From: Thermoanaerobaculia bacterium
Lineage (GTDB): Bacteria; Acidobacteriota; Thermoanaerobaculia; Multivoradales; SZUA-115
Assembly (NCBI GenBank): GCA_036274895.1
Contig: DASUEU010000051.1
Span: 142,407-206,406, forward strand
Length of the DNA stretch: 64,000 nt
Reading direction: 5' to 3'
Part shown: positions 1-7,811 of the stretch, piece by piece
Numbering within the stretch: the first letter of the stretch is position 1
How the letters are laid out: each line of letters opens with the position of its first letter
Position numbers and translations under genes: made by a program
The notes under the pieces: model-generated
Seen by the model: only the letters and a program-made list of their open reading frames with translations
The model's database searches: none
What the model was told of the DNA's origin: nothing

Positions 1-674
1 CGGATGCCGTCCTTGGCCAGCAGCTCGGCGGCCCTGACGGCCTCGGCGACCATCAAGTTGCCGGTCGCCACCAGGGTCAGATCCGAGCCCTCGCGAAGGC
101 GCACCGCCTTGCCGAGCACGAAGTCGTAGTTGTTGAAGTAGACCTGGGGAGTCTCGGCGCGGGCGATGCGCAGGTAGACCGGGCCCTGGTGCAGGTAGGC
201 GGCCCAGGTGGCCTTGTAGGCCTCCACCGCGTCGGCCGGGGCCACGATGGTCAAGCCCGGGATGGCGCGCAGGGCCGCCAGGTCCTCGGTGGCGTGATGG
301 GTGCTCGCCGCCACGCCGCCGGAGAGGCCGGCGTAGTAGCCCACCAGCTTGACGTTGGCCTTGTGGTAGGCCACGTCCAGACGCACCTGCTCGTTGGCCC
401 GGAAGGTCAGGAAGGAGGCGAAGGAGTTGGCGAAGGGTATCTTGCCGCGCAAAGACATGCCCACGGCGATACCCACCAGGTCCGCCTCGGCGATGCCGGC
501 CTGGAGGAAGCGCTCGCGGATCTCCAGGTGGAAAGGCACCGAGGGCATGGCGAGGTCGCCCTCGATCGAGAAGACCCGCTCGTCCTGGTGGGCGATCTCG
601 AGCTGGGCCTTGCGGCAGACCGCCCGGCTCGACAAGCCGTAGCGGGCGATCCATTCGGTGGAAGCGATGCGCAT
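1..674 (-). CDS. Transketolase C-terminal (pyrimidine-binding) subunit-like protein; C-terminal end cut by window edge
   Basis: Minus-strand translation from ATG at 674 (GGAGGAGG ends 6 nt upstream): MRIASTEWIARYGLSSRAVCRKAQLEIAHQDERVFSIEGDLAMPS...GIAEADLVGIAVGMSLRGKIPFANSFASFLTFRANEQVRLDVAYH...STHHATEDLAALRAIPGLTIVAPADAVE. It is collinear with the 3288..4328 product. It is absent from the ORF track because it runs off the window. Confidence 0.8.
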   Translation of the reverse strand, partial: MRIASTEWIARYGLSSRAVCRKAQLEIAHQDERVFSIEGDLAMPSVPFHLEIRERFLQAGIAEADLVGIAVGMSLRGKIPFANSFASFLTFRANEQVRLDVAYHKANVKLVGYYAGLSGGVAASTHHATEDLAALRAIPGLTIVAPADAVEAYKATWAAYLHQGPVYLRIARAETPQVYFNNYDFVLGKAVRLREGSDLTLVATGNLMVAEAVRAAELLAKDGI

Positions 675-687
675 GCCGGCCTCCTCC

Positions 688-1839
688 TCAAGCGGCGAGG
701 GTGATGGTCAAGATGCGCTCGGCATCCTCGACCGTGATCGGCACCGGGTTCAGGCCGAGGTGAAAGGCGTCCTGCATGGCGTAGTCGACCAGGCCGGGGA
801 TCTGGCCCTTGCTGACACCCAGCTGGGCGAAGGTGGGGATGCCGGCCCGCTCGACCAGGTCGCGCACCGCCGCGATGCCGGCCCGGCCGTGCTCCACGGC
901 GTTGCGGCCGGCGGCCGGCACGCCCAGGGCCTCGGCGATGCGGGCGTAGCGCTCCGGCACGTGGGGCAGGTTGAACTCCATGACGTCGGCCAGGAAAAGG
1001 GCGCAGGCCACGCCGTGGTGGACGTTGTGGAGGGCGTTGACACCGTGGGCGAAGGCGTGCTCGCCGCTGCCGCCCCCCTTCATCGAGATACCGGCGGTGA
1101 GGCTGGCCACCATCATCGCGGAGCGGGCCTCGAGGTCGGCGCCGTTCTCGACCGCCGGCATCAGCCAGTGGCGGATCTGCTCGATGGCGTAGAGGGCGTA
1201 GGCGTCGGCCAGGGGCTGACGGTCGGCCGAGACGTAGGCGCCGATGGCGTGCGAGAGGGCATCGAGGCCGGTGGCGGCGGTCACCGCCGGCGGCAGCGAC
1301 AGGGTCAGCAGGGGATCGCAGAAGGCGGCCTTGCCCGGCACGGCGACGATGTGCATCTTGAACGGCCGGGAGGTGTCGACGATGATCGTGCCGCCGACCA
1401 CCTCGCTGCCGGTGCCCGCCGTGGTGGGCACGAAGACCAGGGGCGGCCCGGGGTTGGCGGTCGAATGGCCGCCGTCCTCGTACTCGCGGATATGGCCGCC
1501 ATTGCCGATCACCGCCGCCGCGGACTTGGCGACGTCCATCGGGCTGCCACCGCCCACCCCCACCAGGCAATCCGCCCCGGCCTCGCCGAAGGCCGCCACC
1601 GCGGCCATGACGTGGGTGTCGCAGGGGTTGGTGGCGACATCGTGAAACAGAGTGTGGCGGATGCCGGCCGCCGCCAGCGACTCGAGCACGGTGTTGCAAA
1701 CGCCGGCGGCCAGCACGCCGGGGTCGGTGACCACCATGGCGTGGCGGGCACCGAAGCGCTGGAGGACGGAGCCGACCTTGGCCGCGGCACCGGGGCCGTA
1801 GTGGATCTCGGGGACGATCTGGAAGAAGAACGGCTGCAT
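688..1839 (-). CDS. Iron-containing (group III) alcohol dehydrogenase family oxidoreductase
   Basis: C-terminal 383 aa of track ORF 688..2502, starting MQPFFFQIVPEIHYGPGAA at ATG 1839 (GAGGAAG upstream). Motifs: GVGGGSPMDVAKS, TTAGTGSE, LDALSHAIGAY, HGVNALHNVHHGVACA. The part of the track ORF upstream of 1839 overlaps the next gene and is Pro/Arg/Gly-rich (PGAAAGGAGQPGPPHPGRRRGHG...), which I read as read-through, not coding. Confidence 0.85.
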   Translation of the reverse strand: MQPFFFQIVPEIHYGPGAAAKVGSVLQRFGARHAMVVTDPGVLAAGVCNTVLESLAAAGIRHTLFHDVATNPCDTHVMAAVAAFGEAGADCLVGVGGGSPMDVAKSAAAVIGNGGHIREYEDGGHSTANPGPPLVFVPTTAGTGSEVVGGTIIVDTSRPFKMHIVAVPGKAAFCDPLLTLSLPPAVTAATGLDALSHAIGAYVSADRQPLADAYALYAIEQIRHWLMPAVENGADLEARSAMMVASLTAGISMKGGGSGEHAFAHGVNALHNVHHGVACALFLADVMEFNLPHVPERYARIAEALGVPAAGRNAVEHGRAGIAAVRDLVERAGIPTFAQLGVSKGQIPGLVDYAMQDAFHLGLNPVPITVEDAERILTITLAA

Positions 1840-1853
1840 GGGAGCTTCCTCGC

Positions 1854-2567
1854 TCAGTGGTGGTTGAGCCCGGCCGGGCGGCTGCGGCCGGCCACGGCAA
1901 AATCCAGGGCGTTCAGGATGTCGAAGACCGGCAGGCCGTGGGCCTCGCGGACCTCCTGGGAACAGGGGGGTAGGAGCGTGCACTCGACCACGAACGAGCC
2001 GAGGTCCGGGTGCTGGCGCAGCAGGTCGTGGGTGGCGCGCACCAGGTCGTGCACCATCTCGCGGCGCTGGGCCGGGCCGATCTCCTTGGTGGCCAGGAAC
2101 TGGCGCCAGGCCGCGGAGGCACCGACGCCGGCGACGGCGATCGGGATCTCCCGGCTCGACCAGCCGCAGGCCTGGTAATGCCACTCGCCGGGATCCTCCT
2201 CGGCGAGCGCCAGAATGCCGACCCGCCGGCCGGGGATCAGCCGCGTCACCCAGGGCACCAGGAAGAGGGTGGACATCACCACCGGCACCCCGGCCACGGC
2301 CGCCAGGCGCTCCTGCAGGGTGACCATGCGGCCGTTGCAGTTGTCGGTGATCACGTCGGCGCCGTCCTCGGCCAGCTGCCGGGCCGCCGCAGCGTAGGCC
2401 GGCGCCATGGCCTCGACGTCGGCCAGGGTGCGGGGGGCCCGGCTGCCCGGCACCACCCGCCGCAGCACCCGGTAGGGGAAAGAGTCCGGCGAGCCCAGGC
2501 ACCCCGGCTCGGCGGCCATCTTGCCCTCGAGCATCAGCACCCCGAGCGTCGGCTCACGATGCGGCAT
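1854..2567 (-). CDS. Asp/Glu/hydantoin racemase superfamily protein (paralogue A)
   Basis: 237 aa, ATG at 2567. MPHREPTLGVLMLEGKM...; two conserved Cys contexts typical of the two-thiol racemase fold (ITDNCNG and VVECTLLPP). Collinear with the adjacent paralogue 2554..3291. Confidence 0.7.
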   Translation of the reverse strand: MPHREPTLGVLMLEGKMAAEPGCLGSPDSFPYRVLRRVVPGSRAPRTLADVEAMAPAYAAAARQLAEDGADVITDNCNGRMVTLQERLAAVAGVPVVMSTLFLVPWVTRLIPGRRVGILALAEEDPGEWHYQACGWSSREIPIAVAGVGASAAWRQFLATKEIGPAQRREMVHDLVRATHDLLRQHPDLGSFVVECTLLPPCSQEVREAHGLPVFDILNALDFAVAGRSRPAGLNHH

Positions 2568-3291
2568 GGCTGAGCTCCTGGTGCAGCGCGTCGGCCGGGC
2601 GGTAGCTGCCGCTCATCGCCAGGTCGAGGGCGGTCAGGATGTCCCACACCGGCAGGCCGATCTCACGGCGCACGGCCTCGAGACAGGTCGGCAGCATGGT
2701 GCACTCGGAGACGAAGGCGCCGATGTCCGGGTGTTGCTCGAGCAGGCCGCGGGCGACCGCCACCAGGTCCCGTTCGAGCACCGTGCGCAGGGCCGGCGGC
2801 ACCTCCTTGGTGCGCAGGAACTCCTTCCAGCCCTCCGACTCCCCCACTCCGCCCAGGGCGATCGGGATCTCCGCGCTCGACCAGCCGCAGGCGCGGTAGT
2901 TGTCCTCCCCCACCGCGTCGGTGAAGAAGGTGAGGATGCCCACCCGGCGGCCGGGGATCAGCTTGGCCACCAGCGGCACCATCAGCAGGGCCGAGGTCAC
3001 CACCGGCACCTTGACGGAGGAGGCCAGCTCCTTCTGCATCAGGGCGATCAGGCCGCAGTTGGCGGTGATCGCCCCCACTCCCTCCTGCTCGAGCCGGCGG
3101 GCTTCGTCGATGTAGAGGGGCAGCATGGCCTTGGCGTCGTCGGCCGTGCGTGGGGTGGACGAGCCGGCCACTACCCGGCGCACGACGGGATAGGGAAAGG
3201 TCGCCTCGCTCGCCATGCAGCCGGGCTCCAAGGACATCTTGCCGGCGAGCATGAGGATGCCCAGAGGCGGACGGGACGCGAGGTCGTTCAT
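2554..3291 (-). CDS. Asp/Glu/hydantoin racemase superfamily protein (paralogue B)
   Basis: 245 aa, ATG at 3291 in an ATGA overlap with the upstream stop. MNDLASRPPLGILMLAGKM...; Cys contexts ITANCGL and VSECTMLPT. The 3' end overlaps paralogue A by 14 nt. Confidence 0.7.
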   Translation of the reverse strand: MNDLASRPPLGILMLAGKMSLEPGCMASEATFPYPVVRRVVAGSSTPRTADDAKAMLPLYIDEARRLEQEGVGAITANCGLIALMQKELASSVKVPVVTSALLMVPLVAKLIPGRRVGILTFFTDAVGEDNYRACGWSSAEIPIALGGVGESEGWKEFLRTKEVPPALRTVLERDLVAVARGLLEQHPDIGAFVSECTMLPTCLEAVRREIGLPVWDILTALDLAMSGSYRPADALHQELSHAAS

Positions 3292-4328
3292 CGGGAGGCT
3301 CCCCCCACCGCGGCGACGTCGGCCCGGGTGGCGACCCAGGCCTCACGCGCCGAGGCGGCGATGCGCTCGGCGGAGATGCCGAACCGCTCGAGCTGGTTTG
3401 CGTGGGTGTCGAGGGTCTCGACGAAGCAGTCGGGCACCCCGAGGATGCGCATGGGCACGGGATGCTCTTCGGCGAGCACCTCCGCCACCGCGCCGCCGAC
3501 CCCGCCGAGCACGTTGTGCTCCTCGACCGTGATCACCAGCCCGGTCTCGCGCGCGGCCGCAACCAGGGCCTCGCGGTCGATCGGCTTGATCGAGAAGAGG
3601 TCGAGCACCCGGGCGCTGATGCCGTCCTTGGCCAGCAGCTCGGCGGCCTTCAGGGCCTCGGCGACCACCGAGAGGCCGGCCGCCACCAGGGTGAGGTCGT
3701 CGCCGGCACGCAGCAGGTTGGCCTTGCCGACCTCGAAGTGGGCCCCCTCGCCGTAGACCTGGGGGGTGACGTCCATGCCCAGACGGACGTAGACCGGGCC
3801 CTTGGTGCGGCAGGCCAGCAAGGTGGCGTGGTAGGTGGCCACCGCGTCGGCCGGCACCAGCACGGTCATGTGCGGCAGGGCGCGGGAGATCGACAGGTCT
3901 TCGATCGAGTGATGGGTCGACCCCGACCAGGGGGACTGGAAGCCGGTGAAGCTGCCGAAGATCTTGACGTCGAGGTTGTGGTAGCAGACGTCGAGACGCA
4001 CCTGCTCGCAGGCGCGCATCAGGGCGAAGGCGGCGAAGGTGTTGACCATCGACACCTTGCCGGAGAGGGCGAGACCGGCGGCCATGCCGATCAGGCTGGC
4101 CTCGGCGATGCCGAGGTCGACGAAGCGATGGGGAAACTCGTCGCGGAAGGGGAAACCGTAGAAGTCCCCGAGGTCCCCCTCGAGCGAGTAGATGCGGTCG
4201 TCCAGCCGGCCGGCGTGGAGCTGGCCGAGCCGGTTGGTGGCGATGCAGGAGAGGGTGTGCTGCTCGACCCACTCCGGGCTGCCGACGGCAGCCCCGGTCT
4301 CGGCGGCTTTGGTTGCGGGGGCGCCCAT
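3288..4328 (-). CDS. Transketolase C-terminal subunit (pyrimidine-binding plus TK_C domain)
   Basis: Last 346 aa of track ORF 3288..5492, starting MGAPATKAAETGAAVGSPEWVEQHT at ATG 4328 (TAATG overlap with the upstream stop). Motifs: FVDLGIAEASLIGMAAGLALSGKV, STHHSIEDLSISRALPHMTVLVPADA, LDLFSIKPIDRE. Confidence 0.85.
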   Translation of the reverse strand: MGAPATKAAETGAAVGSPEWVEQHTLSCIATNRLGQLHAGRLDDRIYSLEGDLGDFYGFPFRDEFPHRFVDLGIAEASLIGMAAGLALSGKVSMVNTFAAFALMRACEQVRLDVCYHNLDVKIFGSFTGFQSPWSGSTHHSIEDLSISRALPHMTVLVPADAVATYHATLLACRTKGPVYVRLGMDVTPQVYGEGAHFEVGKANLLRAGDDLTLVAAGLSVVAEALKAAELLAKDGISARVLDLFSIKPIDREALVAAARETGLVITVEEHNVLGGVGGAVAEVLAEEHPVPMRILGVPDCFVETLDTHANQLERFGISAERIAASAREAWVATRADVAAVGGASR

Positions 4329-5194
4329 TACCAGACCCTCCGTTCCGGCATCGGGCCGAGCTCGCCCAAGGCCTTGGCCTTGAGCTCGGGGGAGAGCTTG
4401 CCGTAGTGCCACTCGTGGTTGCCCTCGGCGAAGGAGACGCCCTTGCCCTTGATCGTCTCGGCGATCAGCATCGAGGGCTTGCCGGGGGTGAAGGGCAGCC
4501 GGCGCAGGGCCTCGCGCAGGGAGTCGACGTCGTGACCGTCGACCACCTTGACCGCCCAGCCGAAGGCCCGGAACTTCTCGTCCAGGGGCTCGAGCGCCAT
4601 GACCTCCTCGGTCGGCCCGTCCTCCTGGACACCGTTGCGGTCGACGATGGCGACCACGTTGTCCAGCCGGTAGTGGGCCGCGGCCATGGCCGCCTCCCAC
4701 ACCGAGCCCTCCTGGCACTCGCCGTCGCCCATCAGGACGAAGACCCGGTAGTCCGCCCGGTCGTGCTTGCCGGCGAGGGCGAGGCCGTTGCCCACCGGCA
4801 GGCCGTGGCCCAGCGAGCCGGTGGCCAGTTCGACCCCCGGCACCGCCTTCGAGGGATGACCGGCGAGACGGCTGCCCGCCCGCTTGTAGACCGCCAGCTC
4901 GTCGACCGGAAAGAAGCCGCGCTCGGCCAGGGCGCCGTAGAGAGCGGCGCTCGAGTGGCCCTTGCTGAAGATCAGGTAGTCCCGGCCGGCGGCCTTCGGC
5001 CGTGCCGGGTCGACCCGCAGCACGCCGTCGAAGTACAGCACGGTCAGGATCTCGACGCAGGACATCGAGCCGCCCAGGTGTGCTCCGGGCGAGTCGGCGG
5101 CCATGTGGACGACGTGGTGGCGCAACCGGCGAGCGATCTCTTCCAGCTGCTCGGTGCTCGGCTCGGTCGAGGGCGCCGCGCTCTGAAGACTCAT
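4328..5194 (-). CDS. Transketolase N-terminal (thiamine-diphosphate-binding) subunit
   Basis: 288 aa, ATG 5194 with GGAGG 9 nt upstream. GAHLGGSMSCVEILTVLY, FSKGHSSAALY, ThDP motif GDGECQEGSVWEAAMAAAHYRLDNVVAIVDRNG. Confidence 0.85.
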   Translation of the reverse strand: MSLQSAAPSTEPSTEQLEEIARRLRHHVVHMAADSPGAHLGGSMSCVEILTVLYFDGVLRVDPARPKAAGRDYLIFSKGHSSAALYGALAERGFFPVDELAVYKRAGSRLAGHPSKAVPGVELATGSLGHGLPVGNGLALAGKHDRADYRVFVLMGDGECQEGSVWEAAMAAAHYRLDNVVAIVDRNGVQEDGPTEEVMALEPLDEKFRAFGWAVKVVDGHDVDSLREALRRLPFTPGKPSMLIAETIKGKGVSFAEGNHEWHYGKLSPELKAKALGELGPMPERRVW

Positions 5195-5242
5195 GAGGGA
5201 AACCTCCGAGAAATGGGTTGATGGGAGCGAAGTCCGCCGCGG

Positions 5243-6595
5243 CTAGGCCAGCCGAGCGGCTTCCTCCCACGGTTCGCGATAGTCCAGGCTCCGCGCCAGC
5301 TCGACGACCTCGTCGAGGTGCTCGAAAACCTTTTGAAAAGCGTCGACGTAGAGCGTCACCTTGCTCGGGTCCATGAAGCTCGCCATGCACAGGCGGTTGC
5401 CCACCAGCAGCGAGCAGCGGATGACGTCGAGGGTCTGCGGATAGGCCTCGATCGCGTAGTCCACCTCGCGGCTGGTGTGACCGCAGGACCACGGGCAGCC
5501 CCGGCCGTAGCCCTGGCGCTGCTGGAACAGCTGCTGGCCGGGCACCGGACGGTTCTGGTACTCGATCAAAGGCACCCCCTCGGCGGCCATCACCCGCTGC
5601 AATGCCTTGCGGAAGCGGCCCGGATGGAGCTCGAGGCCGGCCGCCGCGGGATCGACCCGGAAGCGGTAGTGGTGGTAGACGTGGGTGCGGTCCGAGGGCA
5701 CGTGGGGCGGCACCAGGCCGGGCAGCTCGCGGAACGCCGCGCTCAGCCTCTGGGCCCCCTTCTGGACCTCGGCGATGTAGTGATCGAGGCGCTTCAGCTG
5801 GCTGTTGGTGAAGGCGGCGAGGATCGACGAAAATCGATAGTTCCAGCCCATCGTCTCGGCGTTGTACTCGCGGTGCTCGGCGTCGGTGATGCGCTCGCCG
5901 AACATCTTCACCATGTCGGCCGCGTCGCGTAGCCCGCGGTCGTTGGTGGAGATGATGCCGCCTTCGCCGGCGGTCGCCAGGTTCTTGCCGGCCATGATGC
6001 TGGTGGCCCCGATGTCGCCGATGCCGCCGGCGACCCGGCCCTGATAGCGCGCGCCTTGGGCCTGGGCCACGTCCTCGATTACCTTGAGGCCGTGCCGGGC
6101 CGCGATCTCCATGATCGGTCCGAGGTCGGCCGGCAGGCCGTGCAGGTGGACCACCAGGATCGCCTTGGTGCGGTCGCTGATCTTCTCTTCGATCTTCGAC
6201 GGGTCGAGGTTGAAGGTGCGGGGATCGACGTCGGCGAAGACCGGGATGCCCTGGTGATGGATCACCGCCGAGGCCGAGGCCAGGAAGGTGAGGGCGGGAA
6301 CGATCACCTCGTCGCCCGGGCCCACCCCCACCGCCGCCACCGCGGCGTGGATCGCCGCCGTGCCGCTGTTGACGGCGATCGCGTAGCGGGTGCCGCAGTA
6401 GGCCGCCCAGGCGTCCTCCAGCTCGCGCACGGCGGTGTTGTTGACCCAGGACAGCTTGCCCGAGCGCAAGGTGGCGGTGACCGCGGCCACGTCGTCCTCG
6501 GTCACCAGGGGCCAGGGCTCGGCGAGGGCGCCGGGGGGAATCGTGGGCTCGCCGCCGTGGACGGCGAGCCGGCTGGTCCGTACGAGCGTTTCCAT
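5243..6595 (-). CDS. DegT/DnrJ/EryC1/StrS-family PLP-dependent aminotransferase
   Basis: Track ORF 5243..6601 begins at a GTG. ATG at 6595 (METLVRTSRLAVHGG) has GGAGG 8 nt upstream and is preferred. AVNSGTAAIHAAV, VIVPALTFLASA, EDVAQAQGA, candidate PLP lysine in SIMAGKNL. C-terminal extension with GRGCPWSCGH. Confidence 0.85.
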   Translation of the reverse strand: METLVRTSRLAVHGGEPTIPPGALAEPWPLVTEDDVAAVTATLRSGKLSWVNNTAVRELEDAWAAYCGTRYAIAVNSGTAAIHAAVAAVGVGPGDEVIVPALTFLASASAVIHHQGIPVFADVDPRTFNLDPSKIEEKISDRTKAILVVHLHGLPADLGPIMEIAARHGLKVIEDVAQAQGARYQGRVAGGIGDIGATSIMAGKNLATAGEGGIISTNDRGLRDAADMVKMFGERITDAEHREYNAETMGWNYRFSSILAAFTNSQLKRLDHYIAEVQKGAQRLSAAFRELPGLVPPHVPSDRTHVYHHYRFRVDPAAAGLELHPGRFRKALQRVMAAEGVPLIEYQNRPVPGQQLFQQRQGYGRGCPWSCGHTSREVDYAIEAYPQTLDVIRCSLLVGNRLCMASFMDPSKVTLYVDAFQKVFEHLDEVVELARSLDYREPWEEAARLA

Positions 6596-6608
6596 CGCCA
6601 CGACCTCC

Positions 6609-7787
6609 CTAGCTCGCCACCGGCTCGAGGACGTAGAGCTTGCGCTCGACGCCCACGTTGGTGAGCACTTCGCAACCGTTCTCGGTGACCAGCACGGTGT
6701 CGGAGAAGCCGACGTGGCCCTGGATCTCGGGAATGATCAGCGACGGCACCAGGTGGAAGACCATGTTCGGCACCAGCACCGTGGGATCGCCCGGATGGAG
6801 GTTCATGATGTGGCACTCGTTCCAGCCCGGCGGATAGGCCACACCGATCGAATAGCCGGTCTCGTGGGTGTAGTTGGGGAAGCCCGCGGAGGTGATGGTG
6901 TTGCGGCAGGCGAAGTCCACCTCGCCGGAGGTCACACCCGGCCGGATGGTGTCGATGGCCTTTTGCAGACCTTCGAGGATGATGTCGGCGTGGCGGCGCA
7001 CCACGTCCGGCGGGTCGCCGATGAAGCAGGTGCGCATCATCGCCGCGCTGTAGCGCTTGATGCAGCCGGAGTGCTCGAGGAAGACGATGTCCCCCTCGCG
7101 CAGGACCCGGCCCTCCCAGGTGCCGTGGGGCAGGCCCGAGCGCTCGCCCGAGACCACGTAGGGCGGCGAGCCGGGGTACTCGCTGCCGTTTTGCAGCGTC
7201 GCCCGGTAGACCTCGGCGGCGATGTCGTTCTCGGTCTTGCCCGGCTCGACGGCGGCGATCGCCGCCACCATGCCGGCCCGCGCGGCCTTGGCCGCCTGGC
7301 GGATGTAGTTCACCTCGAGCGGGCTCTTGACCAGGCGGGCCTGCTCGACGATGCCGCTGCCGTCCTTCCAACGCGCCCGCGGGAACGCCGCCATCAGCTG
7401 CTTGTAGGTGGCGATGGGGAAGAACAAACCCTTTTCTTCGAGGGCCAGCACCTTGTCCTCGAGGCCCATCTCGCGCAGCGCCGCGAGGGTGACCTCGATG
7501 GGATCCTCGATCACCGAATAGGTCATGTAGCGATCGAGCCAGGAGCGCCGGAGGATGTTGATCTTCTCCTCCAGGTAGCAGACGAACATCGGATCACCTT
7601 CGGCCGGGATCACCAGGGTCTGGTACATGTAGTAGCCGGTGGTGGTGAATCCGGTCAGGTAATAGATGTTCTCCGGGATGCTGACCAGGCAGGCGTCGAT
7701 GCCGCGGTCGGCGATCCCGGCCTGGACCTTCTTGATCCGTCGCCGGTACTCGTCGATGGGAAAGGGCAGTTCGGGGTTGTCACGCAT
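6609..7787 (-). CDS. M24-fold (creatinase / Xaa-Pro peptidase / ectoine-hydrolase-like) hydrolase lacking the canonical metal ligands
   Basis: 392 aa, ATG 7787. N-terminal creatinase/prolidase domain (IDACLVSIPENIYYLTGF) and C-terminal pita-bread domain. By hand alignment the five M24 metal-ligand positions read E/H, A, Y, V and S/D (FLEHSG, YSAAMMRT, GYSIG, FHLVPS, GFSDTV). Confidence 0.8.
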   Translation of the reverse strand: MRDNPELPFPIDEYRRRIKKVQAGIADRGIDACLVSIPENIYYLTGFTTTGYYMYQTLVIPAEGDPMFVCYLEEKINILRRSWLDRYMTYSVIEDPIEVTLAALREMGLEDKVLALEEKGLFFPIATYKQLMAAFPRARWKDGSGIVEQARLVKSPLEVNYIRQAAKAARAGMVAAIAAVEPGKTENDIAAEVYRATLQNGSEYPGSPPYVVSGERSGLPHGTWEGRVLREGDIVFLEHSGCIKRYSAAMMRTCFIGDPPDVVRRHADIILEGLQKAIDTIRPGVTSGEVDFACRNTITSAGFPNYTHETGYSIGVAYPPGWNECHIMNLHPGDPTVLVPNMVFHLVPSLIIPEIQGHVGFSDTVLVTENGCEVLTNVGVERKLYVLEPVAS

Positions 7788-7811
7788 GAGAAGAGTCCTC
7801 CGTTCGGGGTT

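Noticed and set aside
4329-5492. 5' extensions of other track ORFs: 3288..5492 (734 aa), 688..2502 (604 aa), 54108..55112 (334 aa).
   Set aside because: In each case only the 3' part shows family motifs, and the extension overlaps a well-supported upstream gene in another frame. Internal ATGs at 4328, 1839 and 55034 have an RBS or a stop/start overlap.
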